A stretch of DNA of 64,000 bases from an uncultured Candidatus Saccharibacteria bacterium (GTDB taxonomy: Bacteria; Patescibacteriota; Saccharimonadia; CAILAD01; BJGX01): assembly GCA_964552475.1 (NCBI GenBank), contig CAZKFZ010000004.1:22283-86282 (forward strand), in the 5' to 3' direction. Below the pieces are notes generated by a model that saw nothing but the letters and a program-made list of their open reading frames with translations, was not told the origin of the DNA and searched no databases. Every line of letters begins with the position of its first letter. Positions within the stretch are counted from its first letter, which is position 1. The position numbers and the translations under genes were made by a program. Of this stretch, positions 37,078-47,848 are shown in pieces.

Positions 37078-38133
37078 CTATGGTTGAAAATACTGAACAA
37101 TCTTGGCATTGTTGCGCTGTTCGCGTAACCAACTATCAAAATCTGGCCCTTTTATAAGAATGTGGCTAGCGCGAACTTGATCGCCGTTTCTCTCAGTAAC
37201 TTTTATAATGTGGTAACCATATTGAGTTTTTACTACTTTACTAACTTGGCCAGGTTCTAGCGCAAATGCCGCAGCCTCAAACTCTGGCACCAACTGACCT
37301 TTACCAAAGAATCCTAAGTCGCCACCATTGGCAGCACTACCGTCTCCGCTGTATTGTTTGGCTAGTGCAGCAAAATCTCCGCCAGCGTTTATTTGGGCCA
37401 ATATACTTTCAGCCTGTTTTTGGGCGGGCTCGGTAAGTGCGGGGTCGCTAAGTACTTTGTCGGATAATTTTTGTCGTACTAGTTGTTGGCGAATCTTATC
37501 TTTAAAATCGTCGGTAGACCAACCGTATAGTTTGTCTAGAGTGCGTTTTACTTGATCTATGCCACCAGCATCTTTCACTAGCTGGTTGAATTTTTCATCT
37601 ACTTCTTTACCAGTAACTTTTATGCCATATTTGTTAGCTTGCTGGGTAATAATAATATTATCTTCTAACTGTTTTATAAGGTCTTGCTTGAACTGCAAAA
37701 GTTGTTGCTTACCTTCTTCTGAATTGAAGTCTTGGTTTTGAGTTTGGAAATATTTTTGGGCCGAAGTAAGCTCAAAAAGGTAGTCGTTATAAGTAGCGGT
37801 GTTCCAGATGATATTACCATTTACGCTAGCTACTGGGTAAGGTACTACTTTGCTAGCAATTTTAACTGCTCTGTTGCCCACCTTATACTTGTAGATAAGT
37901 ACACCAAAAACAGTAATAGTAATAACCAAACAGATAAGGGCAATAATGCCCACATTACGAACATTTTTCTTGTTTTTTTCTGGGTCTACACCCAACTTAT
38001 TGAGTTTGTCTTTAAAAGACATACTCTTTTGCGAGATAGCTTTTTTTGCTGCAGCTGTCTTGCTACCTTTTTTGGCTGTGGGTTTGGCTTTCTTGGGGGT
38101 TTTAGACGATTTAATATCTGGATCTTTTGGCAT
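37078..38133 (-). CDS. Parvulin-type peptidyl-prolyl cis-trans isomerase (PrsA/SurA-like), membrane-anchored
   Basis: 351 aa with an N-terminal TM helix and a PpiC domain ([22 protein letters not shown]...YGYHIIKV). Confidence 0.75.
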   Translation of the reverse strand: MPKDPDIKSSKTPKKAKPTAKKGSKTAAAKKAISQKSMSFKDKLNKLGVDPEKNKKNVRNVGIIALICLVITITVFGVLIYKYKVGNRAVKIASKVVPYPVASVNGNIIWNTATYNDYLFELTSAQKYFQTQNQDFNSEEGKQQLLQFKQDLIKQLEDNIIITQQANKYGIKVTGKEVDEKFNQLVKDAGGIDQVKRTLDKLYGWSTDDFKDKIRQQLVRQKLSDKVLSDPALTEPAQKQAESILAQINAGGDFAALAKQYSGDGSAANGGDLGFFGKGQLVPEFEAAAFALEPGQVSKVVKTQYGYHIIKVTERNGDQVRASHILIKGPDFDSWLREQRNNAKIVQYFQP

Positions 38134-38205
38134 AATTAGTTTTTAAAACTCCTTTAGTTTTCTATTACTGCACTTATTAGTAGCTTAATGATACACTTTT
38201 TGAGC

Positions 38206-38745
38206 TCACTTGTCCAAGTCGCTACGACGAATTATCTCTAGTATGGCTTGTTGCATTTTAACAGGCTTATGAACAGTTCTTAAGCGTAAGGGCTTGCTAC
38301 CCGAAAGAGTCTCTATTGTAACCGTACCAAAACCCAAAAGCGAACCTTGCATACCTACTATTTTGTAATTGACATTTTGCACGTTGTTAAGAGCCAGTTC
38401 TTTGACCTCGCGACTAAAAAAGCCACGTTGTTTTACTATCATAATGCGGTGATTGGTGACTACATAAACACTATAGTACCAACCTACCCAAGTTCTTAGC
38501 CAATAAAACGCCAAGCCTATAAGACCAATAAAGATAAACCAGTTGGCATACACTAGCCAATCATAAAAGTTAGCCGTAGCGATAGCCCAGGGTATCATTA
38601 CTACCAATATAACCAACATGCCGAAGATAAGAGCTCGGCGCATTACTATTGGATGTTGATGTTCTACCAAAATAACTTGTTCGTCATCGTGCTGGCCAGC
38701 AAAAGTGTGGCGCTTGGCTCTTGATTGTTTAGTGCTTCTTGCCAT
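38206..38745 (-). CDS. Bacterial PH-domain (YdbT/DUF304-like) membrane protein
   Basis: 179 aa with two TM helices followed by a bPH_2-like domain. Confidence 0.45.
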   Translation of the reverse strand: MARSTKQSRAKRHTFAGQHDDEQVILVEHQHPIVMRRALIFGMLVILVVMIPWAIATANFYDWLVYANWFIFIGLIGLAFYWLRTWVGWYYSVYVVTNHRIMIVKQRGFFSREVKELALNNVQNVNYKIVGMQGSLLGFGTVTIETLSGSKPLRLRTVHKPVKMQQAILEIIRRSDLDK

Positions 38746-38827
38746 ATTAATACTATTGTATACCAGTTATGTATGAAAATTCTAGATTATAAAGTAATTG
38801 AGATAAATGCTATAGTATGGGTGGTGT

Positions 38828-38903
38828 GCCCTGGTAGCTCAGTGGATAGAGCGTCGCCGTCCTAAGGCGAGCGTCGGGGGTTCGAATCCCTCCCAGGGTA
38901 CCA
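38828..38903 (+). tRNA. tRNA-Arg (anticodon CCU)
   Basis: GCCCUGGUAGCUCAGUGGAUAGAGCGUCGCCGUCCUAAGGCGAGCGUCGGGGGUUCGAAUCCCUCCCAGGGUACCA, with anticodon loop GUCCUAA and T-loop GGUUCGAAUCC. Confidence 0.85.
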
Positions 38904-38917
38904 ATAGAAATATCGTT

Positions 38918-39529
38918 ATGAAAAAAATTATCGCCCATTTTGAAAAAGTTGACCCCAAAATGGTTGTTTTGGTAAAAAATTACATTCAAAGTAAGCACTA
39001 TCAGCCACCTAGTAAGGTTGACCCCCAAGACTATGCTGTTTCACTCACTAGCTCAATAATTTCTCAACAAATTTCTACTAAAGCAGCTGCTAAAATTAAG
39101 CAGCGGTTTTTTGAATTGGTAGGCACGGAATACGATCCGAAAACTATTTTGAGCTTTGATATAGAACAGCTACGTGCGGTTGGCTTGTCCCGCCAAAAAG
39201 CTAGTTATGTACACAGTATTGCTCAGAGTAGTATTGATGGTCTTGTGCGTTTTAGTCAGCTAGATAATCTTAGCGACCAAGAAGTTATTGATGAGCTAGT
39301 ACAAATAAAAGGAGTTGGGGTATGGACTGCCGAGATGTTTCTTATTTTTACCCTTGCTCGCCCAGATGTGTTTAGTGCTGGCGATTTGGGTTTGCAAAAC
39401 ACTATAAAAAAACACTACAACAAACTAAACATTAGCCAAAGCCAGGTTGATAGCATTAGCTCTAAGTGGAGCCCTTACAGAAGTATAGCTAGCCTAGCGC
39501 TGTGGCATAGTCTAGATAATAAGCCTTAA
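38918..39529 (+). CDS. HhH-GPD family DNA glycosylase (AlkA-like 3-methyladenine DNA glycosylase)
   Basis: 203 aa. The helix-hairpin-helix with Gly/Pro loop plus Asp is IKGVGVWTAEMFLIFTLARPDVFSAGDLGL. Confidence 0.7.
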   Translation: MKKIIAHFEKVDPKMVVLVKNYIQSKHYQPPSKVDPQDYAVSLTSSIISQQISTKAAAKIKQRFFELVGTEYDPKTILSFDIEQLRAVGLSRQKASYVHSIAQSSIDGLVRFSQLDNLSDQEVIDELVQIKGVGVWTAEMFLIFTLARPDVFSAGDLGLQNTIKKHYNKLNISQSQVDSISSKWSPYRSIASLALWHSLDNKP

Positions 39530-39532
39530 ATG

Positions 39533-39961
39533 TTAGCGATTGCGTTTTAGCCATTCTTGATATTGCTCTAGTTGGTACTTAGTCATAGGAGTAAGCTCCA
39601 TTTTAAAACATTCTTCTATACTCAACCATTTGTGGTCTATTACTCTGTCAAACTGAGTGACTTTGGGCCGACCACTAACGTATTTACATAAGTATGTGAG
39701 CCCTACCCACTCTTCGCCCGTCTTCTCGTCATATCTTACATTGGTACCAATAATATCAATTGGTTCAACCTTAATACCTGCCTCTTCTTGCACTTCTCTA
39801 GCTATAGCTTCTTGAGGGGATTCGCCAAACTGCACCAAACCACCCAGTAACTCCCACTTGAAGTGTTGATCTCTAGCTTTTGGCCCACGAAGACCTAAAA
39901 GTATTTTTTGGTCTTTTACGATTATTGCACCGGTACCAACCCTAAATAGCTTGTTCTTCAT
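39533..39961 (-). CDS. NUDIX hydrolase
   Basis: 142 aa with the Nudix box GGLVQFGESPQEAIAREVQEEAGI. Confidence 0.8.
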   Translation of the reverse strand: MKNKLFRVGTGAIIVKDQKILLGLRGPKARDQHFKWELLGGLVQFGESPQEAIAREVQEEAGIKVEPIDIIGTNVRYDEKTGEEWVGLTYLCKYVSGRPKVTQFDRVIDHKWLSIEECFKMELTPMTKYQLEQYQEWLKRNR

Positions 39962-40252
39962 ACATTAAATTATAGCAAAAAATTATATTTACAAATTAAA
40001 AATTGTGTATTAATCTATTGGGGTAATTCGTGTTGTCTAGATATGGAGATGAATGTTTGGCCTGTGTTGAATTTACCCAAGTAAGAAATCAGCCACCCCA
40101 AAAACTTCTAAGTCCTGCTAATCAATGTTCTAGACGAAAGATAATGGGCCATAAAGGTCCACCACCTCCATATAATAGAGTTAAGAAAAAACGACAAAAG
40201 GCTAAGGCTTAAACAAACTACCACCTTGGTAAAATACTAAGGTGGTTTTTAA

Positions 40253-40708
40253 TTATTGCCCGTAAATATCTATATAATCACGTTTTTGATAGTCAAAAAG
40301 TTCACTGGGCTCAAAAAAACGTTCGGTTTCGCTCTTACCATTTTCTACTGAGTCTGAGGCATGAACAATATTATTAGACCCCGACATACCAAAATCACCA
40401 CGAATAGTACCGGCAGCAGCCTCAAAACCTTTTGTAGGTCCTACCAATAGTCGTATAGCGTCTACGCTACCCTTACCGCCTTGTAAAACTATCGCTACTA
40501 CAGGTGAGCTCTGCATGAAATCTTTTATATCGCCAAAGAAAGATTCATTTTTTAGATGTGAATAATGTTCATCTAACTGTTCATCTTTAAGATTTAACAT
40601 CTTTATGCCTATTAGTTTTAAACCTTTTCTCTCGAATCGGCTAATTATTTCACCTACCAAACCTCTCTGTAAGCCATCGGGCTTAATTAATATAAGTGAT
40701 TGTTCCAT
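40253..40708 (-). CDS. ndk: Nucleoside diphosphate kinase
   Basis: 151 aa with LILIKPDGLQRGLVGEIISRFE and NIVHASDS (active-site His). Confidence 0.9.
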   Translation of the reverse strand: MEQSLILIKPDGLQRGLVGEIISRFERKGLKLIGIKMLNLKDEQLDEHYSHLKNESFFGDIKDFMQSSPVVAIVLQGGKGSVDAIRLLVGPTKGFEAAAGTIRGDFGMSGSNNIVHASDSVENGKSETERFFEPSELFDYQKRDYIDIYGQ

Positions 40709-40710
40709 TT

Positions 40711-41985
40711 TTATTCCTCCAATAATTTACTAAATTTTGATGTTTGATCTTCGCTAAACGGCCCCAATATTGCAAGTCGAACTAAATCTTTATACAAATA
40801 ATTTTGAGCAACCGTTAAAATATCGTCTGGGCTAACTCGGTCTAGTTTTGCTAGTGTGCTGTCTAAATTGTCTACTTTATTTGTAAGAACAAGTTGGGTG
40901 CCCTGCATGTCGGCAACTGCGGCATTTCCCTCTTGCCCCATTATGTATCGTCCTCTTACTTGTTCTTTTGCCTTGTTGAGTTCGCGTAAACTTACCTTAT
41001 TGTGTTGTATTTTTTGCAACTCTTCGTGGATAGCGCTCAGCGCTTGCCCTACTTTATCATTATTTACTCCAGCGTATATTTCAAACTTACCGCTATCTAC
41101 AAAATTAGAATAACTCATATACACCGTATAAGCCAAGCCTTTGGTTTCTCGAACATTAAGAAATAGTCGTGAACTCATGCCTGAGCCCAATATTGTACTT
41201 AAAAGTTTCATTGCAGCCTCGTCTTCGGCATCAATTCTAGGTGCTCGCCCAGCCACGACTAAGTGAGTTTGGTTGGTGTCTTGGTGCTCTATATAATATC
41301 GCTTTTTAGAAAGGTCACCTTTTACTGGCGCCCATGTTCTATTACTTTTTAGATGTGTGTATGACAACAGCTGAGTAGCCATTTCTACTACCATTTTGTG
41401 GCTAATATTGCCCGCTACCGACACTACAATGTTGTCCATAGTGTATAAAGCTTTAAAGTAGTTGGCAATGGTTTGGCGCTGCATTGTACTAATAATGTGC
41501 TCATTACCAATGACGTTTGTGCGAAGTGCATCGCTAGGCCATAACAAATCGCCAACAAAGTCGTAGACGTAGCGTGCGGGGTCGTCTTTGTAAACTTTCA
41601 TTTCTTCTAAAATTACATTGCGTTCACGATCTATCTCAACTTGCTCTAAAAGTGGGTCGGTAATAATGTCGGCTAAAATATTAAACGCCAAACCAAAATA
41701 TTTTTTTGGCAGTTTTATGTAATAGCTAGTATGGTCTTCGGCAGTAAAGGCATTTAAATAGCCGCCAACTGAGTCTATCTCTTCAGATATCTGCTTAGCC
41801 GTGGGTCGCTTGTGTGTACCTTTAAATAAAAGATGCTCTAAAAAGTGCGATGCACCATACTCGGTCTTAAGATTTTCGTAACGTCCACCAGCACCTACAA
41901 AAAAATTAACAGTAACACTTTCGGTTTCGTTCATAGTGTGCGTAACTATACGCAACCCATTAGTTAGCTTAGTTGTCTCGTGCAT
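40711..41985 (-). CDS. M16 family (pitrilysin/insulinase-like) zinc peptidase
   Basis: 424 aa with the inverted zinc motif HFLEHLLF (HxxEH). Confidence 0.8.
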   Translation of the reverse strand: MHETTKLTNGLRIVTHTMNETESVTVNFFVGAGGRYENLKTEYGASHFLEHLLFKGTHKRPTAKQISEEIDSVGGYLNAFTAEDHTSYYIKLPKKYFGLAFNILADIITDPLLEQVEIDRERNVILEEMKVYKDDPARYVYDFVGDLLWPSDALRTNVIGNEHIISTMQRQTIANYFKALYTMDNIVVSVAGNISHKMVVEMATQLLSYTHLKSNRTWAPVKGDLSKKRYYIEHQDTNQTHLVVAGRAPRIDAEDEAAMKLLSTILGSGMSSRLFLNVRETKGLAYTVYMSYSNFVDSGKFEIYAGVNNDKVGQALSAIHEELQKIQHNKVSLRELNKAKEQVRGRYIMGQEGNAAVADMQGTQLVLTNKVDNLDSTLAKLDRVSPDDILTVAQNYLYKDLVRLAILGPFSEDQTSKFSKLLEE

Positions 41986-42641
41986 TACTTAGTGCTCTTT
42001 TTTGATTTCGATCTTTTACTTTTAAGACTATTGACTTGGCTTATTATTTTGGCACGGCTCTCTTGGTCTTTAAGCAGATGATACATTGTTGGTATTATTG
42101 ATATTAGAATAATAATAAATAGTGCGGGTATAAGGTATTTGTCAATATCTGGTATAGATTTGCCCAAGAAATAACCAAGCAATGTAATACCAACTGCCCA
42201 GATCAATGCACCTGTAACATTATAAATAAAAAACATTTTATATTGCATTTTGCCTACACCGGCTATAATTGGTGCAAATGTACGCACCACCGGCACAAAT
42301 CTAGAAAGAATAATCGCTTTGCCGCCATGCTTTTTGTAAAATCTCTCAGAACGACTAATATTTTCTTGAGAAAATAGTATAGAATTTGGTTTTTTAAATA
42401 ATCTTGGCCCGGCCTTCTTACCAAACTGATAACCGACATTATCACCCAATACGGCCGCAACAAAAGTGACTATACAAAGCAAAGCGATGTTAAAAACACC
42501 CTGAGAAGCCAAGAAACCTGCAGTAAATAATAAGCTATCACCTGGCAGAAAAAAACCGATAAGCAGGCCAGACTCAGCAAATATAATACCAAATATTCCT
42601 ACATACCCTACCGTTCTTAATAATGAATCTAAATCAAACAT
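41985..42641 (-). CDS. DedA family membrane protein
   Basis: 218 aa with FAESGLLIGFFLPGDSLLFTAG, the DedA/SNARE-associated signature. Confidence 0.8.
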   Translation of the reverse strand: MFDLDSLLRTVGYVGIFGIIFAESGLLIGFFLPGDSLLFTAGFLASQGVFNIALLCIVTFVAAVLGDNVGYQFGKKAGPRLFKKPNSILFSQENISRSERFYKKHGGKAIILSRFVPVVRTFAPIIAGVGKMQYKMFFIYNVTGALIWAVGITLLGYFLGKSIPDIDKYLIPALFIIILISIIPTMYHLLKDQESRAKIISQVNSLKSKRSKSKKSTK

Positions 42642-42694
42642 AGAGAATATTATAACAAATTGATATCTGGGCTGGGCTTATTTTGGTAAGTAAA

Positions 42695-44533
42695 TTATTT
42701 TTTTGCATAGGCATGTACCATAATTATAGATAAATCAGCTGGTGTAACGCCCTGCACTAGCGAGGCCTGGGCAATAGATTGTGGCTTAATTTCGTTTAAG
42801 CGCTTTCTTGCTTCGTTACGTAGACCACTAATTTTGTCGTACTCTAAAGTTGTTGGTATGGTATGGTGTTGTTTTTCTTTTAGTCTTTGCGCCTCGCTAA
42901 GTTGACGATCAAAGTAACCCGAGTATTTTACTAATACCTCTACGTTGTATGCCACCTCTGGGTTAAGAGTTAACCCAGTAGCTGTTTCTAAGCTATAACG
43001 GTTATTTTCTGGTCTTTTAAGCCAATCATAGGCTGTAATTGTTTTGCCGTTTTCTACAGTCTTGGTGGCTTTCAATTGGGCAATTTCTTTGTCTATAACT
43101 AATATTTTTTTATCTACTGCATCTTTGGCAGACTTGGTTTGTAAGCCAATTTTGTATGCCTTATTAGTTAGTCGCACATCAGCATTGTCATTGCGCAAAA
43201 GCAATCTGTACTCAGCTCGGCTAGTAAACATTCTATATGGTTCTACATGGGTTTTGGTAACCAAATCTTCTACTAAAACGCCAATATATGCCTCGGTGCG
43301 ATCTAGCACAAAAGCCGGTTTTTTTGCAGCTTTGAGAGCAGCATTAATACCAGCAATTAGCCCTTGAGCGGCCGCCTCTTCGTACCCCGTAGTACCATTG
43401 AGTTGACCAGCCAAGAACAAACCACCAATCTTTTTGGTTTCTAGGCTGTTTTTGAGTTGATGCGGTAAAAAGTAGTCATAACGCACAGCATAACCATAAT
43501 CTAAAAACTTAGCATTTTCTAACCCCGGAATAGTACGAAATATCTTTTCTTGCATGTCTGGTGAAAAAGCTGTGCTACAACCTTGCAAATACATCCGCTC
43601 ACCATCAGGTGTGCCTTGTTTACCAACAGGTTCAATAAATATTGGATGACGGGATTTACTAGGAAAATTGTATACTTTTAGGTCTAAGCTGGGGCAGCTA
43701 CGCGGTCCGGTTTCGGTTATAAGACCAGACGTGTTACCAGAAAGGCTATAGTTATCTAATATCATTTTATGGGTTTTGGGTGTGGTGTAGGTAAGCCAGC
43801 AAAGCTCTTGGTCTTTTAGGGGTAATACTTCTTTATCTGGATGGGCAAAACTTATTTTACCCTTCGTTCCTGGTGCCTTTTCTAGCTTAGAAAAGTCTAT
43901 ACTACTGCGCTCTATGCGAGGCGGTGTACCAGTTTTTAATCTACCTCTTGCCAAACCTAGTGCTGTAAGAGACTCCGAAAGCCCATGACAAGCTTTTTCG
44001 TCCATTCTACCACCCTTTTTAACCACCTTGGGGCCAAGTACAATTTCGCCATTTAAGAATGTGCCTGAGCAAATAATAGCATTTGAAGTAGTAATAATGC
44101 CATTTTGCTTGGTTTTTACGCCCTCAACTATGTTTTTGGTAGCCTCTACTCCTTTTGCTTCATCTTCTAAAAAATCAAGATTGGGAGTTTTTTTGAGTTG
44201 TTTGAGCATGAAGTGGTTGTAATCATTTCTGTCTAGCTGGGCTCTATATGCTCGCACGGCCGGCCCTTTGCCAGTATTGAGCTCTTTTAGTTGCAGGGCG
44301 CTAGCATCTACTACCTTGGCCATTACACCACCAAGGGCGTCAATTTCGCGTACCAAATGACCCTTACCAGGCCCACCAACAGATGGATTGCAAGGCAAAG
44401 TTGCTACTTTTTGCATATTGGCGGTAATAAGTAGAGTTTTGGCACCTAGCTTGGCGCTAGCTATAGCTGCCTCACAACCAGCATGCCCAGCACCAATCAC
44501 TATCACGTCATATTGATTTTTGAGCGTCTTCAT
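42695..44533 (-). CDS. mnmG: tRNA uridine 5-carboxymethylaminomethyl modification enzyme MnmG
   Basis: 612 aa with the FAD-binding N-terminus DVIVIGAGHAGCEAA and the conserved GidA C-terminal domain. Confidence 0.9.
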   Translation of the reverse strand: MKTLKNQYDVIVIGAGHAGCEAAIASAKLGAKTLLITANMQKVATLPCNPSVGGPGKGHLVREIDALGGVMAKVVDASALQLKELNTGKGPAVRAYRAQLDRNDYNHFMLKQLKKTPNLDFLEDEAKGVEATKNIVEGVKTKQNGIITTSNAIICSGTFLNGEIVLGPKVVKKGGRMDEKACHGLSESLTALGLARGRLKTGTPPRIERSSIDFSKLEKAPGTKGKISFAHPDKEVLPLKDQELCWLTYTTPKTHKMILDNYSLSGNTSGLITETGPRSCPSLDLKVYNFPSKSRHPIFIEPVGKQGTPDGERMYLQGCSTAFSPDMQEKIFRTIPGLENAKFLDYGYAVRYDYFLPHQLKNSLETKKIGGLFLAGQLNGTTGYEEAAAQGLIAGINAALKAAKKPAFVLDRTEAYIGVLVEDLVTKTHVEPYRMFTSRAEYRLLLRNDNADVRLTNKAYKIGLQTKSAKDAVDKKILVIDKEIAQLKATKTVENGKTITAYDWLKRPENNRYSLETATGLTLNPEVAYNVEVLVKYSGYFDRQLSEAQRLKEKQHHTIPTTLEYDKISGLRNEARKRLNEIKPQSIAQASLVQGVTPADLSIIMVHAYAKK

Positions 44534-44594
44534 ATCTGGTAAGTATAGCTCAAAATGGGTTATTTTTCAATCCCAAAAAATATAATAGTAAGTA

Positions 44595-44623
44595 TTGACA
44601 TATATGCTTATGCTTGCTATAAT
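44595..44623 (+). promoter_or_regulatory. Consensus sigma70-type promoter
   Basis: TTGACA, 17 nt, TATAAT, 13 nt upstream of the ATG at 44636. Confidence 0.55.
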
Positions 44624-44635
44624 ATCCAACGTTCG

Positions 44636-44971
44636 ATGAAACCTCATCGATTCAACAGTCGAGGAGACAAAGTGCCTAGAGTTAGGGTTTCTGGGATATC
44701 AATTGGTGGTTTCCTTGCCACTATTGAACCCACGGTAGAGTTTACAAACAAACTACATACGCTATGGAAAGGTGAATTAGAAGACGCACATAACGCAATA
44801 AATAACCCTGAGGTTCTGTCAAGAATTCACCGTTGGCAAAATCGACCCGCGAGTATTGGTCGTCAACGAATTAGATTTCCAGGGATAATCGTCTCTGTAC
44901 GAAAAGGTTTAAAATACCAACAAGTACTTGCTTATGACAAATACGGTACGCTTGTCATGGATAAGACCTAG
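44636..44971 (+). CDS. Hypothetical basic protein
   Basis: Internal Met (MKPHRFNSRGDK...) of the 44555 ORF, chosen because the consensus promoter lies inside the longer ORF. 111 aa with no recognised motif. Confidence 0.35.
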   Translation: MKPHRFNSRGDKVPRVRVSGISIGGFLATIEPTVEFTNKLHTLWKGELEDAHNAINNPEVLSRIHRWQNRPASIGRQRIRFPGIIVSVRKGLKYQQVLAYDKYGTLVMDKT

Positions 44972-45065
44972 TATCTATAAGATGTACTGTCCTCTTCAGC
45001 ACTTGCATTATATGCAGGTGCTGTTTTACCACAGGCTTCAAACGATTGAAGTTTGTGGTAAAAAT

Positions 45066-45713
45066 CTAAATTTGTTTAACTTGTAGCCCAATCTCAGCAG
45101 CCAATTGAGGGGCAATAGTAATAAGTTGCGTTGAGCTAATAATTACTCCTTTTAGCGATGTAATACCTTTTATACCTATTAAATCACTTGTACGCATATC
45201 TAGCTTAGTAATCTTGGAATTAGAGAAATCCGCGCCTTCTAGATCACAATTTACAAATTTTACATTGTTAAACTCCGCACCAACAAAATCTGCATCTTTT
45301 AAAACACAGTCTTCAAAGACCACGTTTTTAAGTTTGGCGAACCTGAAGTTTGCCAAATCAAGTTTAACGTCTTTAAACAAAATCTCTTTTAAAGTAGATT
45401 CGTATATTTGTGCGCCACTCATTCTACTAGAAGTAAATTCAATTCGGTCAGCAGAAATTTTTGGCACTTTTAGCGCTGAAAGTTCACACTTAGAAAAAAT
45501 AACGTCGTCTATGCTACAATCTCTAAGTTCAACATCTTGAATTGTTATATTAGTAAACATCGCCTGTTTTACAGATATCGACTTTGGTTTCACATCTAAA
45601 ATGCTTTGATTATTGCATGTAATCTGTGTGATAGCTGCCTCAGCAACAACAAGATTCTGTAAACTGGATATTTCATTAAGATCAACAGCCAAATTTGGTT
45701 TTTTAATTTTCAT
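45066..45713 (-). CDS. Pentapeptide-repeat protein
   Basis: 215 aa with tandem A(D/N)LxX pentapeptide repeats (...NVVFEDCVLKDADFVGAEFNNVKFVNCDLEGADFSNSKI...). Confidence 0.75.
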   Translation of the reverse strand: MKIKKPNLAVDLNEISSLQNLVVAEAAITQITCNNQSILDVKPKSISVKQAMFTNITIQDVELRDCSIDDVIFSKCELSALKVPKISADRIEFTSSRMSGAQIYESTLKEILFKDVKLDLANFRFAKLKNVVFEDCVLKDADFVGAEFNNVKFVNCDLEGADFSNSKITKLDMRTSDLIGIKGITSLKGVIISSTQLITIAPQLAAEIGLQVKQI

Positions 45714-45775
45714 AAATTAATTATAACAAACAATATTATTTGCCTATTGTGCGTCGCACAATTTATAATAACCTT

Positions 45776-46687
45776 ATGTTTAGCGAATACATGAGCGATT
45801 TTTTGGAATACCTAGAAATAGAAAAAGGCCGAAGCCTTAAGACTATTGAAAACTATAGTTTGTATTTGAATAGATTTGTAGAATTTAGCGACGACATAAA
45901 GGTAAGTAAAATAGACATAGGCAAAATAAGTAAATGGCGCCAGTGGCTCAACCGCTACAAGGGCGAGGATGGTCGCACTATGGGCAAGGCAACTCAAAAT
46001 TACCACCTAATAGCTATGCGTAGTTTTTTAAAGTATTTGGCACGGCGCGACATAGACTCTTTGGCGCCAGAAAAGATTGAGCTAGCAAGTAGTAAACGCC
46101 CACAAGTAAGTTTTTTGACCGAGGAAGAAGTAAAACGATTGTTTGAGGCCATAGATACTAGTAATATTATTGGCCTGCGCGACAGAGCTATAGTAGAGCT
46201 ACTCTTCTCTACCGGGCTTAGGGTATCTGAGCTTGCAGCACTCAATATTAAAGACCTCAATTTTAAAACTGGTGAGTTTTCTGTGCGCGGTAAAGGCCAA
46301 AAAGATCGGCCGGTGTATGTAAGTGAGTCAGCGGCTTATGTGCTTAGTAAATACTTAGAAGCACGACAAGACGATTATGCGCCCTTATTTGTACATTACC
46401 GCGGAACCAAAGACGATTTTAACAATGGCGAATATACTCGACTTACAGTGCGCTCTATTCAACGCATAGTAGAGCGCTACGCAAAAAAAGCTGGTATAGC
46501 CAAACATGTCACTCCGCATACCCTACGCCATAGTTTTGCCACAGATTTGCTCACAAATGGTGCAGATTTGCGTAGCGTACAAAGCCTGCTTGGGCATAGC
46601 AATATAGCGACTACTCAGGTGTATACTCACGTTACAGACCCTCAACTACAAAAAACCCACCAAAAGTTTCACTCTGGTAATAAGTAG
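45776..46687 (+). CDS. Tyrosine site-specific recombinase XerC/XerD
   Basis: The C-terminal catalytic region is ...HTLRHSFATDLLTNGADLRSVQSLLGHSNIATTQVYTHV (R-H-R-Y tetrad). The start is taken at the internal Met MFSEYMSDFLEYL. Confidence 0.85.
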   Translation: MFSEYMSDFLEYLEIEKGRSLKTIENYSLYLNRFVEFSDDIKVSKIDIGKISKWRQWLNRYKGEDGRTMGKATQNYHLIAMRSFLKYLARRDIDSLAPEKIELASSKRPQVSFLTEEEVKRLFEAIDTSNIIGLRDRAIVELLFSTGLRVSELAALNIKDLNFKTGEFSVRGKGQKDRPVYVSESAAYVLSKYLEARQDDYAPLFVHYRGTKDDFNNGEYTRLTVRSIQRIVERYAKKAGIAKHVTPHTLRHSFATDLLTNGADLRSVQSLLGHSNIATTQVYTHVTDPQLQKTHQKFHSGNK

Positions 46688-46708
46688 TAAATAAAAAAGA
46701 TTATTGGG

Positions 46709-47800
46709 TTATGAACAATTATTTTGACTGTTGAGGCCGTAGTCGGCGTTAACTCTTAAATTCTTGCATATAGATTGCGATGAGTACAAAACATCGTTAA
46801 AGAAACTGTTGGTGTAGATTGTTTTGTAAGACTTAATTCGACGGGTAAGATCGCCCACCCTTACTGTGGTGTCTATAGTAGCCCTTGACGATTGTATTTG
46901 TATTGGGTTTCCACTAGCATCAAATGCTTCGGCTTTAAAAGTAGTATCTGCATAGCGAGGTCGCAGCTGAATAGCTATATAGTTATTGCCAGCAGGTACG
47001 AGAGGATTTGAAACTGTGTTGTCTAGGCTAAGGGTAATACTACACCTATATGTGCTCTCTGGTGGTGTATTTGTGCAGGTTCTGTTTTCTGGCGTGGTCA
47101 GATTTGCGCTACCAGCTTTGAAGGAAGGAGTTGCGCTGGGTAAAACAAGGGTGGTATTGAGCGATAAAGCAGTTTTGGGGTCTTGATTGGCACCGGTCTT
47201 CCAAGATACCACCGACACCTCAAGAGCTGCAGGTTTGCCAACACCGTAGTCTGAAGATATGTAGGGACTAAGTGTTGTAGCTGCAGTTTCTGATGTTTTG
47301 TTACCCCATTGCAGCGTAAGAGACTTAGGAACCGAAGGTGTTGGGTTGCTTCCAGTTTTTACTAGGTAGGTGAATAGCTGGCTAGAGTTGTCTTTTTTTA
47401 CACTTTCTTCTATAGAATAGCCCTTGCTAGTAATGGTTTGGCAGGTAACATAAGACACGTTGTCATTCGGAATAACTTTTGAGGGTTGTATAAGTGATTT
47501 GATAGTTTCTGGGGCAGTATTAGGTAGGTTTTCAACATCAGTTGTGTCGTTGGGATCGCAGTTGGGTAATTGCATATTGGGGTAAGTCTCTAAAAACTCT
47601 GAGGCAAAAGTAGCCGAGGCTTTAGCGGCAGCCAGAGCTCTATTGGAAAGATCGGTATTGGTAGCCTGGCGCGACTCGCGTATAGATAAGGTGGTAAGAC
47701 CTACCGCCATAATTATAAAAACCATAGTAATACCTACTACCACCAAGATAGAGGTGACGCCAGGTGAGAAACTTTTGTTGTTAACTAGTCTGTTTTTCAT
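46709..47800 (-). CDS. PilX-like type IV pilus minor component
   Basis: 363 aa with an N-terminal hydrophobic segment of the PilX-N type (GVTSILVVVGITMVFIIMAVGLTTLSIRE) and a Thr/Ser/Asn-rich extracellular region. It is the last gene of the minor pilin block. Confidence 0.45.
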   Translation of the reverse strand: MKNRLVNNKSFSPGVTSILVVVGITMVFIIMAVGLTTLSIRESRQATNTDLSNRALAAAKASATFASEFLETYPNMQLPNCDPNDTTDVENLPNTAPETIKSLIQPSKVIPNDNVSYVTCQTITSKGYSIEESVKKDNSSQLFTYLVKTGSNPTPSVPKSLTLQWGNKTSETAATTLSPYISSDYGVGKPAALEVSVVSWKTGANQDPKTALSLNTTLVLPSATPSFKAGSANLTTPENRTCTNTPPESTYRCSITLSLDNTVSNPLVPAGNNYIAIQLRPRYADTTFKAEAFDASGNPIQIQSSRATIDTTVRVGDLTRRIKSYKTIYTNSFFNDVLYSSQSICKNLRVNADYGLNSQNNCS

Positions 47801-47848
47801 TACTTATGCTTATGCTTATATTATATCAGAAAATACTCAAAAACAAGC

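Noticed and set aside
38810-39028. 72-aa minus-strand ORF
   Set aside because: It lies entirely over tRNA-Arg and the start of the HhH-GPD glycosylase gene, so it is a shadow ORF.
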